DNA of 64,000 nt from Candidatus Poribacteria bacterium. GTDB lineage: Bacteria > Poribacteria > WGA-4E > WGA-3G. The notes below the pieces were generated by a model, which was not told where the DNA came from, searched no databases, and saw nothing but the letters and a program-made list of their open reading frames with translations. The stretch is from the NCBI GenBank assembly GCA_965247285.1, contig CBDFHD010000002.1, forward strand, positions 1,139,772-1,203,771, written 5' to 3'. Below, piece after piece: positions 18,276 to 29,056 of the stretch (position 1 is the first letter of the stretch; every line of letters begins with the position of its first letter). A program made the position numbers and the translations under genes.

Positions 18276-19781
18276 TTACCTTTTCCAGAAATTCGGTGAA
18301 AAGAGGATAAGCACGGTATAAAGTTCTAAACGTCCGAGTAACATGCAGAAGGATAGAACAAATTTACCAGCCGTGTGAATATGTGCGTAGTTGTCAGTCG
18401 GTCCGACGCTGCCGAGACCGGGACCGATGTTTCCCATCGTAGCGATTGTCGCCCCGGCGGCACTAATGAGATCAAGCCCCAAAGTTGCCATAAGACATGT
18501 TACAATCGCAAAAATTCCGATGAAAAAGAAAAAGAAACCGAGAACATTGGTCATCACTTCGGGTGGTACCACTCGATCGTTAACGCGAATAGGAAGCACG
18601 GCATGGGGGAAGATCAGGCGTTTAATTTCGGCACCGCTCTGTTTGATGAGAAGTAGGAACCGAACCTGCTTTATACCTCCACCGGTGGAACCCGCACAAC
18701 CGCCGTAGAACATAAGTATCACCAAAATGAATTGGGAGAGGGCGGGCCATTGCTCAAAGTCAGCAGTCCCATAGCCAGTAGTTGTAATGATAGACATGAC
18801 CTGAAATGTAGCATAACGCAGCGATGTCCACATCGAATCATAAGGGATATCCCCATCGACTTGAAACCTGATTGTATTCCATGAAATTAAGGTAATACTC
18901 ACTGCGATAACGATACAGTAGAATTTGAATTCTGCATCTTGGAAATAGGCTTTAACATCGCCTCGAAGGGCGCGATAATGAAGGGCGAAATTGGTCCCAG
19001 CGAGAAACATGAAGCAACTGATTACCATGTCAATATAAACACTATTGTAGTGCCCGATGCTAAGGTTCTTCGTCGAAAATCCACCGGTCGCCATCGTGCC
19101 AAAGGTATGGCAGAGCGCGTCAAAAAGCGACATTCCCCCGAACATCAGCAGCACCGTTTCTAAAAGAGAGAGCAGGAGATAAACGCCCCAGAGAAGTTTA
19201 GCGGTTTGTGCAATACGGGGGGTGAGTCGATCGGTTTGCGGTCCGGGTGCCTCGGCACGAAAAAGCTGCATACCACCGATGCCGAGCATTGGAAGAATCG
19301 CTACGGCAAGGACAACAATTCCCATCCCACCGAGCCAGTGGGAAAGACTCCGCCAGAAGAGCATAGCGTGTGAAAGATGCTCAATTTCTGTGAGGACAGT
19401 GGCTCCTGTGGTTGAGAAACCCGCCATAGATTCAAAATAACAGAAGGAAAACTTTGTCCACAAGGAGCGCCCATCCATGTAAAACACATCTGCAAATATG
19501 TAAGGGAGCGAACCAAAGAGGGCGACTGTCACCCATCCCAAAGCGACAACTGCAAAGCCTTCGCGTATGCCGAGTTCTTCCTGCCAGGCGCGTATACTAA
19601 AACGGAGAACTAAACCAACAACTAAGGTGAGTATTGCCGAGACGACGAACGCCGTCAAATTGCTCTCGGTTTCACCTACCCTTATCTGATAATAGATAGC
19701 CACTCCCAAAGGAAGCAGCATCGTTCCCGCGAGACAGATAAGTAAATTACCAAGCGTATAAACGATTAATTTAAGACTCAT
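18276..19781 (-). CDS. trkH: TrkH-family potassium uptake protein
   Basis: 501-aa polytopic membrane protein with repeated M-P-M pore modules containing GFSTTG/TTTGYG-like selectivity sequences. Confidence 0.85.
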   Translation of the reverse strand: MSLKLIVYTLGNLLICLAGTMLLPLGVAIYYQIRVGETESNLTAFVVSAILTLVVGLVLRFSIRAWQEELGIREGFAVVALGWVTVALFGSLPYIFADVFYMDGRSLWTKFSFCYFESMAGFSTTGATVLTEIEHLSHAMLFWRSLSHWLGGMGIVVLAVAILPMLGIGGMQLFRAEAPGPQTDRLTPRIAQTAKLLWGVYLLLSLLETVLLMFGGMSLFDALCHTFGTMATGGFSTKNLSIGHYNSVYIDMVISCFMFLAGTNFALHYRALRGDVKAYFQDAEFKFYCIVIAVSITLISWNTIRFQVDGDIPYDSMWTSLRYATFQVMSIITTTGYGTADFEQWPALSQFILVILMFYGGCAGSTGGGIKQVRFLLLIKQSGAEIKRLIFPHAVLPIRVNDRVVPPEVMTNVLGFFFFFIGIFAIVTCLMATLGLDLISAAGATIATMGNIGPGLGSVGPTDNYAHIHTAGKFVLSFCMLLGRLELYTVLILFSPNFWKR

Positions 19782-19812
19782 GACTTAGAAAAATGCAAGC
19801 CGATACACTCTT

Positions 19813-21219
19813 TTAGATTCGACGTTCGGCGAACAAGTCTTCGACAATTGGAATCGCATCGGGCATACTAAAGACGATAACGCGATCTGCGGGTTGGATA
19901 ACAGATTTACCGGTTGGAATAATGAGTTTTTCCCGTCGAATAACGGCGCCGATAAAGGCATTGCCTGGAAATTTTGTTTTGAAAGAGGAGAGTTCCTTGT
20001 GGACTATTTTCGCGTTGACTCCGGCAACAATTTCAATGACTTCCGCATCTATACCATGGAGCGAGGCAACAGAAACTATATTTCCACGACGGATGAGCCG
20101 CAGAATGTTGCTAACAACAGTGAGATGTCGGCTGACAGCGCCATCAAGTCTCGGAATACGTGCCAATAAAGGAAGATAACGTGGTCGCTGAACGAGCGCG
20201 AGTACACGCTGGGCACCGTTCTCTTTGGCAGTCATACATGCCATAATATCGTTTTCATCGTCCCCTGTAACGGAGACGAATCCGTTAACATCCTCTATAC
20301 CTGCTTCTTCAAGGAGTCTGAATTGGAGATAATCGCCTTGTAAAACGGTGGTACGCTTTAGCATTTGGGATGCGAGTCGTGCTTGTGTTTGATCGGCTTC
20401 AATGAGTTTGACGTTGGTGCCGTTTTCTTCAAGTGTACGAGCGATCCCAATGCCGATAGGACTCGCGCCAACAATGATAACGCGGTCAAGCTGCTGATTA
20501 AATGTAATACCACTAATACGTAACAATTGCTCAACTGCTAACGCACTGCCGATGACAAAGACCTCGTCCCCTTGTTGCAAAACATCAGCACCTCTCGGAA
20601 TGATAATGTGCCTGTTGCCATTACTGATCGGGTTGCCGTTATTAGAGATCCCATAACGACTAATGGCAGCAAAGCGGATATCCGCGAGAAGACCACTTGC
20701 GTCCAATTCTGCAAGCGATTTTCCTATCAAGGGGTTTGACTGTTTGGTACGAAAGGCAACAAGTTGGACTTTTCCATCATCAAATTCGACAATCTCTCTC
20801 GCCTCAGGTATCTGCAAGAGCCGTACAAATTCAGCAACACAACGCTGCTCTGGATTCACCAGAAGATCAATGCCGAAATCTTTAGGAGTGAGTCCACTTT
20901 CCGTGGAGAAGTAGTCAGGATTTGAGACACGTGCAATTTTTGTGCTGACGCCGTACCTGCCGGCTATCTGACAAGCGAGTATATTAATCTCATCGCTATT
21001 CGTAACGGCAATGAGGAGATCAGCTTCGTCAATCCCAGCGGTTTTGAGAAGGCGCGGAGATGCCCCCGATCCGTGCAGCGTTTGCAAGTCTAATTGTTCA
21101 TTAACCCGGTCACAGGCAGCATCGGATTCATCAATAAGAACAACATCGTTATCTTGGGCAGTGAGAAGTTTGGCAATATGAAACCCAACCTCTCCGGCAC
21201 CTATAATTATTGCTTTCAT
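19813..21219 (-). CDS. trkA: Trk system NAD-binding protein TrkA
   Basis: 468 aa with two RCK/Rossmann repeats (IIGAGEVGFHIAKLL and VIIVGASPIGIGIARTL). Confidence 0.85.
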   Translation of the reverse strand: MKAIIIGAGEVGFHIAKLLTAQDNDVVLIDESDAACDRVNEQLDLQTLHGSGASPRLLKTAGIDEADLLIAVTNSDEINILACQIAGRYGVSTKIARVSNPDYFSTESGLTPKDFGIDLLVNPEQRCVAEFVRLLQIPEAREIVEFDDGKVQLVAFRTKQSNPLIGKSLAELDASGLLADIRFAAISRYGISNNGNPISNGNRHIIIPRGADVLQQGDEVFVIGSALAVEQLLRISGITFNQQLDRVIIVGASPIGIGIARTLEENGTNVKLIEADQTQARLASQMLKRTTVLQGDYLQFRLLEEAGIEDVNGFVSVTGDDENDIMACMTAKENGAQRVLALVQRPRYLPLLARIPRLDGAVSRHLTVVSNILRLIRRGNIVSVASLHGIDAEVIEIVAGVNAKIVHKELSSFKTKFPGNAFIGAVIRREKLIIPTGKSVIQPADRVIVFSMPDAIPIVEDLFAERRI

Positions 21220-21319
21220 TTTTTAAATTATTGAATCTGGTCACCGTTCCACTACCTTTCACAGTGGTTTTGGATTAAGTCAACAGGGTCTGATCCATGT
21301 ACGCTTTTTGTTTTTGTCC

Positions 21320-24205
21320 TTAATATTCACTAACGGGTGGGCAGGTGCACATAAGATTCCTATCCCCATAAACCTCATTGATACGTGCGACTGCGGGCCA
21401 AAATTTAGCCTCGCGGACCCAAGGTTTCGGAAACACGGCTCTTTCACGTGAATAGGAATGATCCCACTCAGATTGTGTAACCATTTCTACGGTGTGAGGC
21501 GCATTCTTCAATACATTGTCTACCTGATCAGCAATGCCCGTCTCAATCTCCGCTATTTCTTCACGTATTGAAATGAGAGCGTCACAGAACCGCTCTAACT
21601 CCGCCCTCGATTCGCTTTCTGTCGGTTCAATCATCATCGTCCCCGGTACGGGCCAGGAGACAGTCGGTGCGTGGAACCCATAGTCCATCAGTCGTTTTGC
21701 GACATCGGTCACATCTATATCGGCACTTTTCTTGAAAGCACGCAAATCAATGATACACTCGTGAGCAACTAAGCCGTTTTTTCCAGTATAAAGGACAGGA
21801 TAATGTGGTGCAAGCCGTTTGGCAATATAGTTAGCGTTAAGGATCGCAACTTCTGTCGCTGCCGTAAGCCCCTGCGTCCCCATCATCGCAATATATGCCC
21901 AAGAGATAGGCAGAATTCCTGAACTTCCCCAGGGGGCAGCAGACACAGCACCAATTCCAGCATCACCACCGACAGTGACAAGTGGATGTGTGGGCAAGAA
22001 ATCTCTGAGATGCGCCTTGACCCCAATGGGTCCCATCCCCGGTCCACCGCCGCCGTGTGGGATACAGAAAGTTTTGTGGAGATTCAAATGGCACACATCC
22101 GCTCCAATATCTGCCGGCTGCCCGATTCCAACAAGGGCATTCAGATTCGCACCGTCCATGTAGACCTGTCCACCGGATTGATGAACAATATCGCAAATCT
22201 CTCGAATTTTCTCTTCAAAGACCCCGTGTGTTGACGGGTATGTAATCATGGCAGCAGCAAGATTCTCACGATGCTTGTCAGCTTTTAATTGGAGATCTTC
22301 GAGGTCAATATTCCCATCCGTATCGCACGCGACAACGACAACTTGCATACCTGCCATCACAGCACTCGCAGGATTTGTGCCGTGAGCAGATGTTGGTATT
22401 AAACACACATCGCGATGCGACTCACCGCGGCTCTGGTGGTATTTTCGTATGACTAACAGTCCTGCGTATTCACCTTGTGAACCCGCATTCGGTTGCAATG
22501 AGATACCACTATAACCGGTTATCTCAGCTAACCACGTTTCCAACTGTGAAAATAGAGTCTGATACCCCTCCGCTTGCTCTCGCGGCGCGAACGGGTGCAG
22601 TCCACCAAATTCGTTCCACGTCACTGGGACCATTTCCGCCGTAGCATTGAGTTTCATAGTACAAGAACCGAGAGGTATCATGGCATTCACAAGGGAAAGA
22701 TCCTTGGTTTGAAGCTTGTGGATATAGCGAAGCATCTCGGTTTCAGAATGGTAACTATTGAACACAGGGTGCGTTAGGTAGGAACTCTTTCGTTGTAAAT
22801 CTATTGGAATTTCACTTGTAGGTATGCTTTCCAAACTTGTCCGCCCACCAAATACTTGCAGGATTTCTTCAACATCAACAGATGTCGTTGTTTCGTCTAA
22901 AGAGATGCCAATATGTGTTGAATCAATTGCCCGAAAATTGATTTGTTTTGCCCGGGCAGCGTCGAGCAATTTCTCCGCTGTTCCCAACGGAACACCAACG
23001 CAGAGGGTATCAAAACAGGGTGATTTCCCTGTTGTAAATCCAAGTTCTTCAAGTCCTGCACGTAATGTGCAAGTGAGGGAGTGTACGTGTTCAGCGATGT
23101 GCTTAAGTCCTGTGGGTCCATGATACACTGCATACATCCCCGCCATCACAGCGAGGAGTACCTGTGCGGTGCAAATGTTACTCGTCGCTTTTTCGCGTCG
23201 GATATGCTGCTCCCGCGTTTGGAGTGCCAAGCGGATAGCCTGCTTCCCGTTTAAATCGTGGGATACACCTGCAATCCGTCCGGGAATACTACGCTTAAGC
23301 TCTTCATGTGTGGAAAGAAAAGCTGCGTGGGGACCGCCATATCCAAGCGGAACTCCAAACCGTTGCGAGTTACCGATAGTAATGTCTGCACCGAATTCGC
23401 CAGGAGGCTTTAATAACATGAGTGCTAACAGGTCCGTGGCGGTAATAAATAAGCCACCAGCGGCGTGCACTTGTTCAGCGAATTGATGATAATCGTAAAT
23501 CGCACCATCTGTGGCGGGGTATTGCGCGATGGCACCTAAGATCGGTGTGTCAAAATTGACATCACGATGGTCACCAATTTGTAATTCAATGCCGAGAGGT
23601 TCAGCACGCGTCTGCAAAACAGCAATAGTTTGTGGATGACAGGTTTCAGAAACGAAAAAATCGCGACAGGTTTTCTGTTTTGTGAGGGCGAGGCACATCC
23701 CCATCGCCTCAGCGGCGGCTGTTGCCTCATCTAAAAGAGAAGCATTCGCGACAGGTAAGCCGGTTAAATCAATCACCATTGTTTGGAAGTTAAGCAATGC
23801 CTCCAAACGTCCCTGTGAAATCTCGGCTTGATAAGGTGTGTATTGGGTATACCAACCGGGGTTTTCCAGAATGTTTCGCTGGATGACTGGCGGAACAAAG
23901 CAATTATAGTATCCCATCCCAATAAAAGAGCGAAAGACTTGGTTTTGGGAAGCAACTTTCTTTAGTGCGGCAAGCACCTCCGACTCTGACTTTGCAATAT
24001 GGGCTTGCAAGCTACGCCCTGGGCCACACGCATCTTCATTCAAACTGAAAGGCGACGATAAACGAATGTCCGCTGGCACAACATCTTCAATGAAATCCCC
24101 GACTGAAGAATAACCGAGCGTTGACAACATGAGTTCAATATCTTCCGGACGAGGACCGATGTGCCGATTTGCGAAGGATCTTCCGTTTTCCTGTTTTTCA
24201 AGCAT
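21320..24205 (-). CDS. gcvP: glycine dehydrogenase (decarboxylating), glycine cleavage P protein
   Basis: About 960 aa from internal Met [21 protein letters not shown]-dependent GcvP homology throughout. The track ORF is longer at its 5' end. Confidence 0.9.
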   Translation of the reverse strand: MLEKQENGRSFANRHIGPRPEDIELMLSTLGYSSVGDFIEDVVPADIRLSSPFSLNEDACGPGRSLQAHIAKSESEVLAALKKVASQNQVFRSFIGMGYYNCFVPPVIQRNILENPGWYTQYTPYQAEISQGRLEALLNFQTMVIDLTGLPVANASLLDEATAAAEAMGMCLALTKQKTCRDFFVSETCHPQTIAVLQTRAEPLGIELQIGDHRDVNFDTPILGAIAQYPATDGAIYDYHQFAEQVHAAGGLFITATDLLALMLLKPPGEFGADITIGNSQRFGVPLGYGGPHAAFLSTHEELKRSIPGRIAGVSHDLNGKQAIRLALQTREQHIRREKATSNICTAQVLLAVMAGMYAVYHGPTGLKHIAEHVHSLTCTLRAGLEELGFTTGKSPCFDTLCVGVPLGTAEKLLDAARAKQINFRAIDSTHIGISLDETTTSVDVEEILQVFGGRTSLESIPTSEIPIDLQRKSSYLTHPVFNSYHSETEMLRYIHKLQTKDLSLVNAMIPLGSCTMKLNATAEMVPVTWNEFGGLHPFAPREQAEGYQTLFSQLETWLAEITGYSGISLQPNAGSQGEYAGLLVIRKYHQSRGESHRDVCLIPTSAHGTNPASAVMAGMQVVVVACDTDGNIDLEDLQLKADKHRENLAAAMITYPSTHGVFEEKIREICDIVHQSGGQVYMDGANLNALVGIGQPADIGADVCHLNLHKTFCIPHGGGGPGMGPIGVKAHLRDFLPTHPLVTVGGDAGIGAVSAAPWGSSGILPISWAYIAMMGTQGLTAATEVAILNANYIAKRLAPHYPVLYTGKNGLVAHECIIDLRAFKKSADIDVTDVAKRLMDYGFHAPTVSWPVPGTMMIEPTESESRAELERFCDALISIREEIAEIETGIADQVDNVLKNAPHTVEMVTQSEWDHSYSRERAVFPKPWVREAKFWPAVARINEVYGDRNLMCTCPPVSEY

Positions 24206-24584
24206 GCTCCGCCTCAATATGCGCCTGATAACCATCGGCATCAAGAAGTGCGTCAAGTTCGTTAGCGTCAGTCATTCTGATTCTGAGGAACCAACCTTCG
24301 TCGTACGGAGACGCATTCACCTGTTCCGGTGCGTCGAGAAGCGATTCGTTGATCTCAATGACCTCACCACTGACAGGCGCATAGAGGTCGAATGCCGCCT
24401 TGACAGACTCTATCACACCGAACTCCGTTTTCTGTGTGAGTTCAGTGCCAACTTCGGGCAATTCAACATAGACGATATCCTGAATTTCGGATTGGGCATA
24501 ATCGCTGATACCAATGGTAGCGATGTCTCCCTCTTGTTTAACCCATTCATGGCTTTCCATGTATCTTAAGTCTTGTGAAATCAT
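24198..24584 (-). CDS. gcvH: glycine cleavage system H protein
   Basis: 128 aa. Lipoyl-lysine motif ([17 protein letters not shown]). Overlaps the gcvP start. Confidence 0.9.
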   Translation of the reverse strand: MISQDLRYMESHEWVKQEGDIATIGISDYAQSEIQDIVYVELPEVGTELTQKTEFGVIESVKAAFDLYAPVSGEVIEINESLLDAPEQVNASPYDEGWFLRIRMTDANELDALLDADGYQAHIEAEHA

Positions 24585-24689
24585 ATTATTATGTTCTCAA
24601 TAATAGCCGTCAGCCATCAGGGCGTTCGCTCCGCTCACTCTCGGCAGTCAGTAAAGAGGTTCTTGTGGCGGTTGTGAACGTTCTCACCG

Positions 24690-24735
24690 ACCACCGGCTC
24701 TACTGACTACTGACTGCTGACTACTGACTGCTGAT
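24690..24735. repeat. 7-bp tandem repeat (GACTACT/GACTGCT, about 5 copies) at the gcvT stop
   Basis: Direct reading of ctactgactactgactgctgactactgactgctga. The repeat spans the gcvT stop codon and encodes the last residues ...SSQ. Confidence 0.5.
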
Positions 24736-25815
24736 AATAAAAGGCACCTCCACAATTATGGCGGGGTGCAGTTTACCTCGAATTTCCACATCAATTTTTT
24801 CATTTTCAGGCACTGCCTGTGATTCAATAGAAGCGAAGCCTATACTACATTTAAGACTCGGTGAAGAGGTACCGCTGGTCACGCTACCTATGCGTTCATC
24901 GCCTTGATAAATAGCATAACCGGCACGTGCTACAGCACGGCCAAGCATCTGAAATCCAATTATATGCTTCGTGATGCCCTTTCTTTTGTGTGCAAGGAGT
25001 GCACTTTTGCCGATAAATTGTCGATTCTTAAATTTGACGAACCGACCCAGCCCAACTTCAAACGGGTTCGTGTCGTCATTCATGTCCATACCGTAGAGGC
25101 GGAGCCCAGCTTCCAGACGTAAGGTGTCGCGCGCACCAAGCCCCACCGGTTGTCCTCCTACTGCGATGACAGCAGGATACAGAGCAGTCCACAAACGTTC
25201 GGCGTATGCCGCAGGAACATATAACTCAAAGCCAACTTCCCCAGTATAACCCGTACGCGAAATAGCAGTAGGGACACCAGCGACGTCACCCGTTGTAAAT
25301 CGAAAATACGGGATCTCGGAGACATCTCGTTCAGGAACGAAAGGATTCAGAAGATCTATTGCCTTTGGACCCTGCAGTGCAATGAGAGCCATGTCCTCGG
25401 ACATGTCTTTTACCTCTGCACCTGTATCGTTACAGGTCTCCACCCATGCCAGATCTTTTTCAATATTGGCGGCGTTGACCACCAGCATATAGTGATTATC
25501 AGCATGTCGGTAAACGAGTAGGTCGTCAACTATTCCGCCTGTTTCATTGCAGAATAGGGTATACAACACACGCCCATCGCTTAAACGACTCACATCGTTC
25601 GTGCTGAGCTTCTGCACCAATTCGTCCGCACCCTGTCCAGAAACTTCAATCTCTCCCATATGCGACAAGTCAAACAAACCGGCGATGCTTCGGACAGCCA
25701 AATGTTCCGTAACGATGCTGCTATACTGAAGGGGCATCTCCCAACCGCCGAATTCGGTAAATTTAGCATTGAGGTTTCTGTGGACCTCATAAAGGGGTGT
25801 TCGCTTCATTAGCAT
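24721..25815 (-). CDS. gcvT: glycine cleavage system T protein (aminomethyltransferase)
   Basis: 364 aa. GcvT family (LFDLSHMGEIEVSG...). Confidence 0.9.
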   Translation of the reverse strand: MLMKRTPLYEVHRNLNAKFTEFGGWEMPLQYSSIVTEHLAVRSIAGLFDLSHMGEIEVSGQGADELVQKLSTNDVSRLSDGRVLYTLFCNETGGIVDDLLVYRHADNHYMLVVNAANIEKDLAWVETCNDTGAEVKDMSEDMALIALQGPKAIDLLNPFVPERDVSEIPYFRFTTGDVAGVPTAISRTGYTGEVGFELYVPAAYAERLWTALYPAVIAVGGQPVGLGARDTLRLEAGLRLYGMDMNDDTNPFEVGLGRFVKFKNRQFIGKSALLAHKRKGITKHIIGFQMLGRAVARAGYAIYQGDERIGSVTSGTSSPSLKCSIGFASIESQAVPENEKIDVEIRGKLHPAIIVEVPFIISSQ

Positions 25816-26568
25816 TTAAAATCCATAGATACGAGCGAGATTTCCACCGAAAATCTGTGCTTCGGCATCATCGCCGAGTTCCAACCGTTTGAGGGCGTTG
25901 ATAACCTGAATAGGACGGTACTCAGGCAAATTAGAACCGAAGACTATCTGCTCAGGTCCAAGCGCGTCAACAGCGGCTTTTACTTCCGTTGGAACAACGG
26001 CATCTGGATCCGTCCCCCAACGCCGATGAAAGCGTAAAATAGTAGTTCCCAACGAGATATTTTCGTTGGCTTTTGCGATAGAGATAGCCGAATCTAAATC
26101 GTCTGGAAATCCCATGTGATCCATGATAACCGGGGTTTCTGGCACCCAGCTTGCCACAGTGCCAATCCGGTTTGGATGGCAATTGTCAGGTCCGGAATGA
26201 ATTGAGACAATAAGCCCGTAATCACGGGCAGCTTCAACAACGGGACGCACCATTTCATCATCCACATCGTATTTGTGAACCGCAGGCATCAGTTTGATCC
26301 CGCGCATTCCCCATTCCTCGGCTGCTAACCTAACCTGCTCAACGGGTTCTGGTTCCGTTGGATGCACGAGGGCACAGCCAAGTGCGCGCGAATTACCGCG
26401 AATCGCGTCGGCAAGCTCATTATTTTCGGGGAGAGGCTGGGTATTCGGCATAATAACCGCAACGTCCATGTCGGCTTCATCCTCTAACGCCAACAACGCT
26501 GCTAAATCAAGATTTCCATTTTCATCACGAAATGAATCATTAAGATAGGCTTCAAAATCGCCTCGCAT
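25816..26568 (-). CDS. amidohydrolase-family (TIM-barrel metal-dependent hydrolase) protein
   Basis: 250 aa. HxH-less amidohydrolase_2-like pattern (VIMPNTQP...IHSGPDN...DHMGFP). Start immediately follows the 100-bp leader repeat. Confidence 0.6.
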   Translation of the reverse strand: MRGDFEAYLNDSFRDENGNLDLAALLALEDEADMDVAVIMPNTQPLPENNELADAIRGNSRALGCALVHPTEPEPVEQVRLAAEEWGMRGIKLMPAVHKYDVDDEMVRPVVEAARDYGLIVSIHSGPDNCHPNRIGTVASWVPETPVIMDHMGFPDDLDSAISIAKANENISLGTTILRFHRRWGTDPDAVVPTEVKAAVDALGPEQIVFGSNLPEYRPIQVINALKRLELGDDAEAQIFGGNLARIYGF

Positions 26569-26801
26569 GAGAAACTCCTTTTTTTAATTTTCCTTGCGGA
26601 GAAACGACGTGAGTTAAAACTCTGATGTGTCTTTCTTAAATCCGCACTCCATTACATTACGTGCTAACGTTTTTGGATCAAAGCGACACATAGCGATCAG
26701 GCCCTCGCTCCTACAGATATTTTCTAATCAAGGTCCCTTCGCTGCGTTGTAGGCTTAGAATCTTAGGCGAATAGGATTATAAAAAACTTCTTTCTGCTTC
26801 A

Positions 26802-27881
26802 CTATGGAGTCAAAAGTTCATTCACAAAAATCGGTCCAGTTGTGCCAACTTCAAGAGGCATAGCTACCTCCATCACGGAATCTCGGTAAATGGTATAGGC
26901 AGATTCCGCCGCAGAAGGGTCGGGAAAACGGATGATAAAAACGATCTGGGATTCCGTCCAATTTTTTAAATCTGGGTTATCCCGATAGCGAGCGGATACT
27001 CCGAGTGCTGTATCACTCAATTGTGGCACATTGACGGGCAACGTGCTGTAGATCTGACGCAACACCCAATTCGATCGGAATAACTTGACAGTTCCACGCA
27101 TCTTATTGCTTGGGAGTAAGGATAGTATTTGTGGTTCTGGAGCAGGCTCTTTAATCCGTGCGGCGATATCTTTTGCGAGCAGGACCATCGCTTCACGAAT
27201 ACCGGTCGCGAATTCGTAGCCTTCGATCTGAATAAAATATTTCCCTTTTGAAAACCGGAGATACCCGCCCGAAAGCATCGCCTTGCTGCCCACCCATTCA
27301 AATTTTACTTGCGGATAGATGTGAAAGTTATAAATCCCAAATGCATTTTCAGGGGTGCCCATATCGAAAATTTCGAGCAAAATCAAAGGCTTTGAACCGA
27401 ATCGAGGTGCTTGGTATTCCACCTCCGCCTGCCGTTGGAAACCGTAAGCGTAGAAAAGATCCGGTGCCTCAGTTCTATCCCGATAGAGGGTTTTGCCTTC
27501 GTAGGTTGACGGTGCACGCGACTGTACCCAATCCAATATTTCACCATCGCTCGGTAAGAGAAGCTCAGGCGAAATATTTGTTTGTCCAATGTCTTTCACC
27601 GTTAGCGATTCTGTCGGCAGTGTCGACGCGCCTCTAATGTTTTCAAAGACCTCCTGCATCACCTGTTCCGCTCTCTTCAGTGTAGTGCTGTGCCAGACCC
27701 CGTAGATATACTCGCCCTCCTGTTGAACAGCTGTCCAATTTCCGTGTTCTTCACTGCACGAAATCAGCACCAAACTGCAGAAAAAGGTCACGCAAAGTGA
27801 GAAACGATGAAGTTTTTGAAAAGGATGTCCTGTCTTACGGTTCATTCGGGCGAAGGCTCCCGCGCTGTATTCTGTTACCAC
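26802..27881 (-). CDS. hypothetical lipoprotein
   Basis: ORF with lipobox (LVLISCSEE) after an N-terminal hydrophobic segment. Real start probably the internal MNRKTG. No family recognised. Confidence 0.45.
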   Translation of the reverse strand: MVTEYSAGAFARMNRKTGHPFQKLHRFSLCVTFFCSLVLISCSEEHGNWTAVQQEGEYIYGVWHSTTLKRAEQVMQEVFENIRGASTLPTESLTVKDIGQTNISPELLLPSDGEILDWVQSRAPSTYEGKTLYRDRTEAPDLFYAYGFQRQAEVEYQAPRFGSKPLILLEIFDMGTPENAFGIYNFHIYPQVKFEWVGSKAMLSGGYLRFSKGKYFIQIEGYEFATGIREAMVLLAKDIAARIKEPAPEPQILSLLPSNKMRGTVKLFRSNWVLRQIYSTLPVNVPQLSDTALGVSARYRDNPDLKNWTESQIVFIIRFPDPSAAESAYTIYRDSVMEVAMPLEVGTTGPIFVNELLTP

Positions 27882-28390
27882 TGCTCAGCAAGCTGGTTGT
27901 AAAGGTCCTCGATCAACTCTTCTACAATAAGATTTCTGGCTTGTTCACCACTTTCCATCGGTTCAGCCCGATTCGGAACAATATAGAAATCGTGAACCTG
28001 GAGATAGTTATCACTTTCCTCAATAATTTGGTTTCGGACTCTATCTATAAATTGATACTCTATCTGAAGCGTCATCCGCACGAGTTCAACTTCACCATTA
28101 GATCCAAATCCGTGCTCCCTTACATTGTAATCCTGTATCCGCATCGTAAATTCGGCATCGTTTCCGTCTCGCCATTTCCGGTTGAAACGTTCGATGAGTT
28201 TCTCATGAATTACTTCATCATAAGGACGCTGGGAGGTGTTATCATAAGCAAAATCTGCATCCAGGATTTCAATAGGTGTGATACGAATGGTTGAGATATG
28301 CTCCAGATACTCTGATTTGGAAACATAACCGCACCCAGCGATCAAACTTAGCAATATCGGTAATACTAAGATGAACAACGTTTTAGACAT
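27875..28390 (-). CDS. hypothetical lipoprotein (LptE-like size and architecture, unproven)
   Basis: Start at MSKTLFILVLPILLSLIAGCGY (lipobox LIAGC). About 170 aa. Confidence 0.45.
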   Translation of the reverse strand: MSKTLFILVLPILLSLIAGCGYVSKSEYLEHISTIRITPIEILDADFAYDNTSQRPYDEVIHEKLIERFNRKWRDGNDAEFTMRIQDYNVREHGFGSNGEVELVRMTLQIEYQFIDRVRNQIIEESDNYLQVHDFYIVPNRAEPMESGEQARNLIVEELIEDLYNQLAEQW

Positions 28391-28484
28391 TTTTCTCTCC
28401 GGAGTTTTGTCGGAAAATAGGATCCGACTGGTGCCCAAAAGTTAGTTTCTTGTCTCCTAATTGTCACGGTTTTGTCCATTCCTG

Positions 28485-28745
28485 TTAAAACATCAGACCA
28501 TTCGTTAGTACAGATCGCTGAAACTTTACTGGAGCAGCTTTCGGTCGTGGTGTTGTCTGTTTTCCACCATAAAACACAGATTTAACAGTATCAACAACAT
28601 ACCGTTTATAAGTAGGCGACAATAGAACAACAAAGACGAGCACAAGGAGTATTAGAACAATGGCTAAAAGATAGGTTAGCCATTTCTGATCGAGCAAATC
28701 TCCTTTATCAAAGGCGTGCTTAGCTAAAATACGTCGTGATTTCAT
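28485..28745 (-). CDS. small single-pass membrane protein
   Basis: 86 aa with one TM (WLTYLLAIVLILLVLVFVVLL). No homology recognised. Confidence 0.35.
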   Translation of the reverse strand: MKSRRILAKHAFDKGDLLDQKWLTYLLAIVLILLVLVFVVLLSPTYKRYVVDTVKSVFYGGKQTTPRPKAAPVKFQRSVLTNGLMF

Positions 28746-28971
28746 CGGTTTGCCCTCATGTCAGTAGTGTGTTTTACTTCGTCTATACGGGCGACTGTAT
28801 CGTCCTTGTCAAAGATTCGGATTGCTTATGATATTCATATTATAGCATAAAAACAGGGAACATGCAAAATTTTTAATTCACTCCGTCTATCAACGGAATA
28901 GCGGGGTTCCAAACCCCGCCAGCGAGGGAGGGGTTGTAGTTCCCGAAAGTGTCAACATATTTTCGGATTTT

Positions 28972-29018
28972 ACTATAAACATAGAAATAGGGCAAAGGAA
29001 CCGTCCTTCACCCTATTT
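28972..29018 (-). terminator. putative intrinsic terminator downstream of pnp
   Basis: Imperfect inverted repeat AAATAGGG...CCCTATTT (28985-29018). On the minus strand it is followed by a T-rich tract. Confidence 0.4.
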
Positions 29019-29056
29019 CGTTTCTATGTGAATTGGTTAGTTACAATGCGTTCCTA

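Noticed and set aside
21225-21300. Hairpin CCACT-9-AGTGG followed by TTTTGG between trkA and gcvP as a terminator
   Set aside because: It is oriented for plus-strand termination, but both neighbouring genes are on the minus strand. The stem is only 5 bp. Weak.
24690-24735. Possible CRISPR array (also considered for 48358-48393)
   Set aside because: Units of 7 and 12 bp with no spacers. These are simple tandem repeats, and no cas genes are present in the window.
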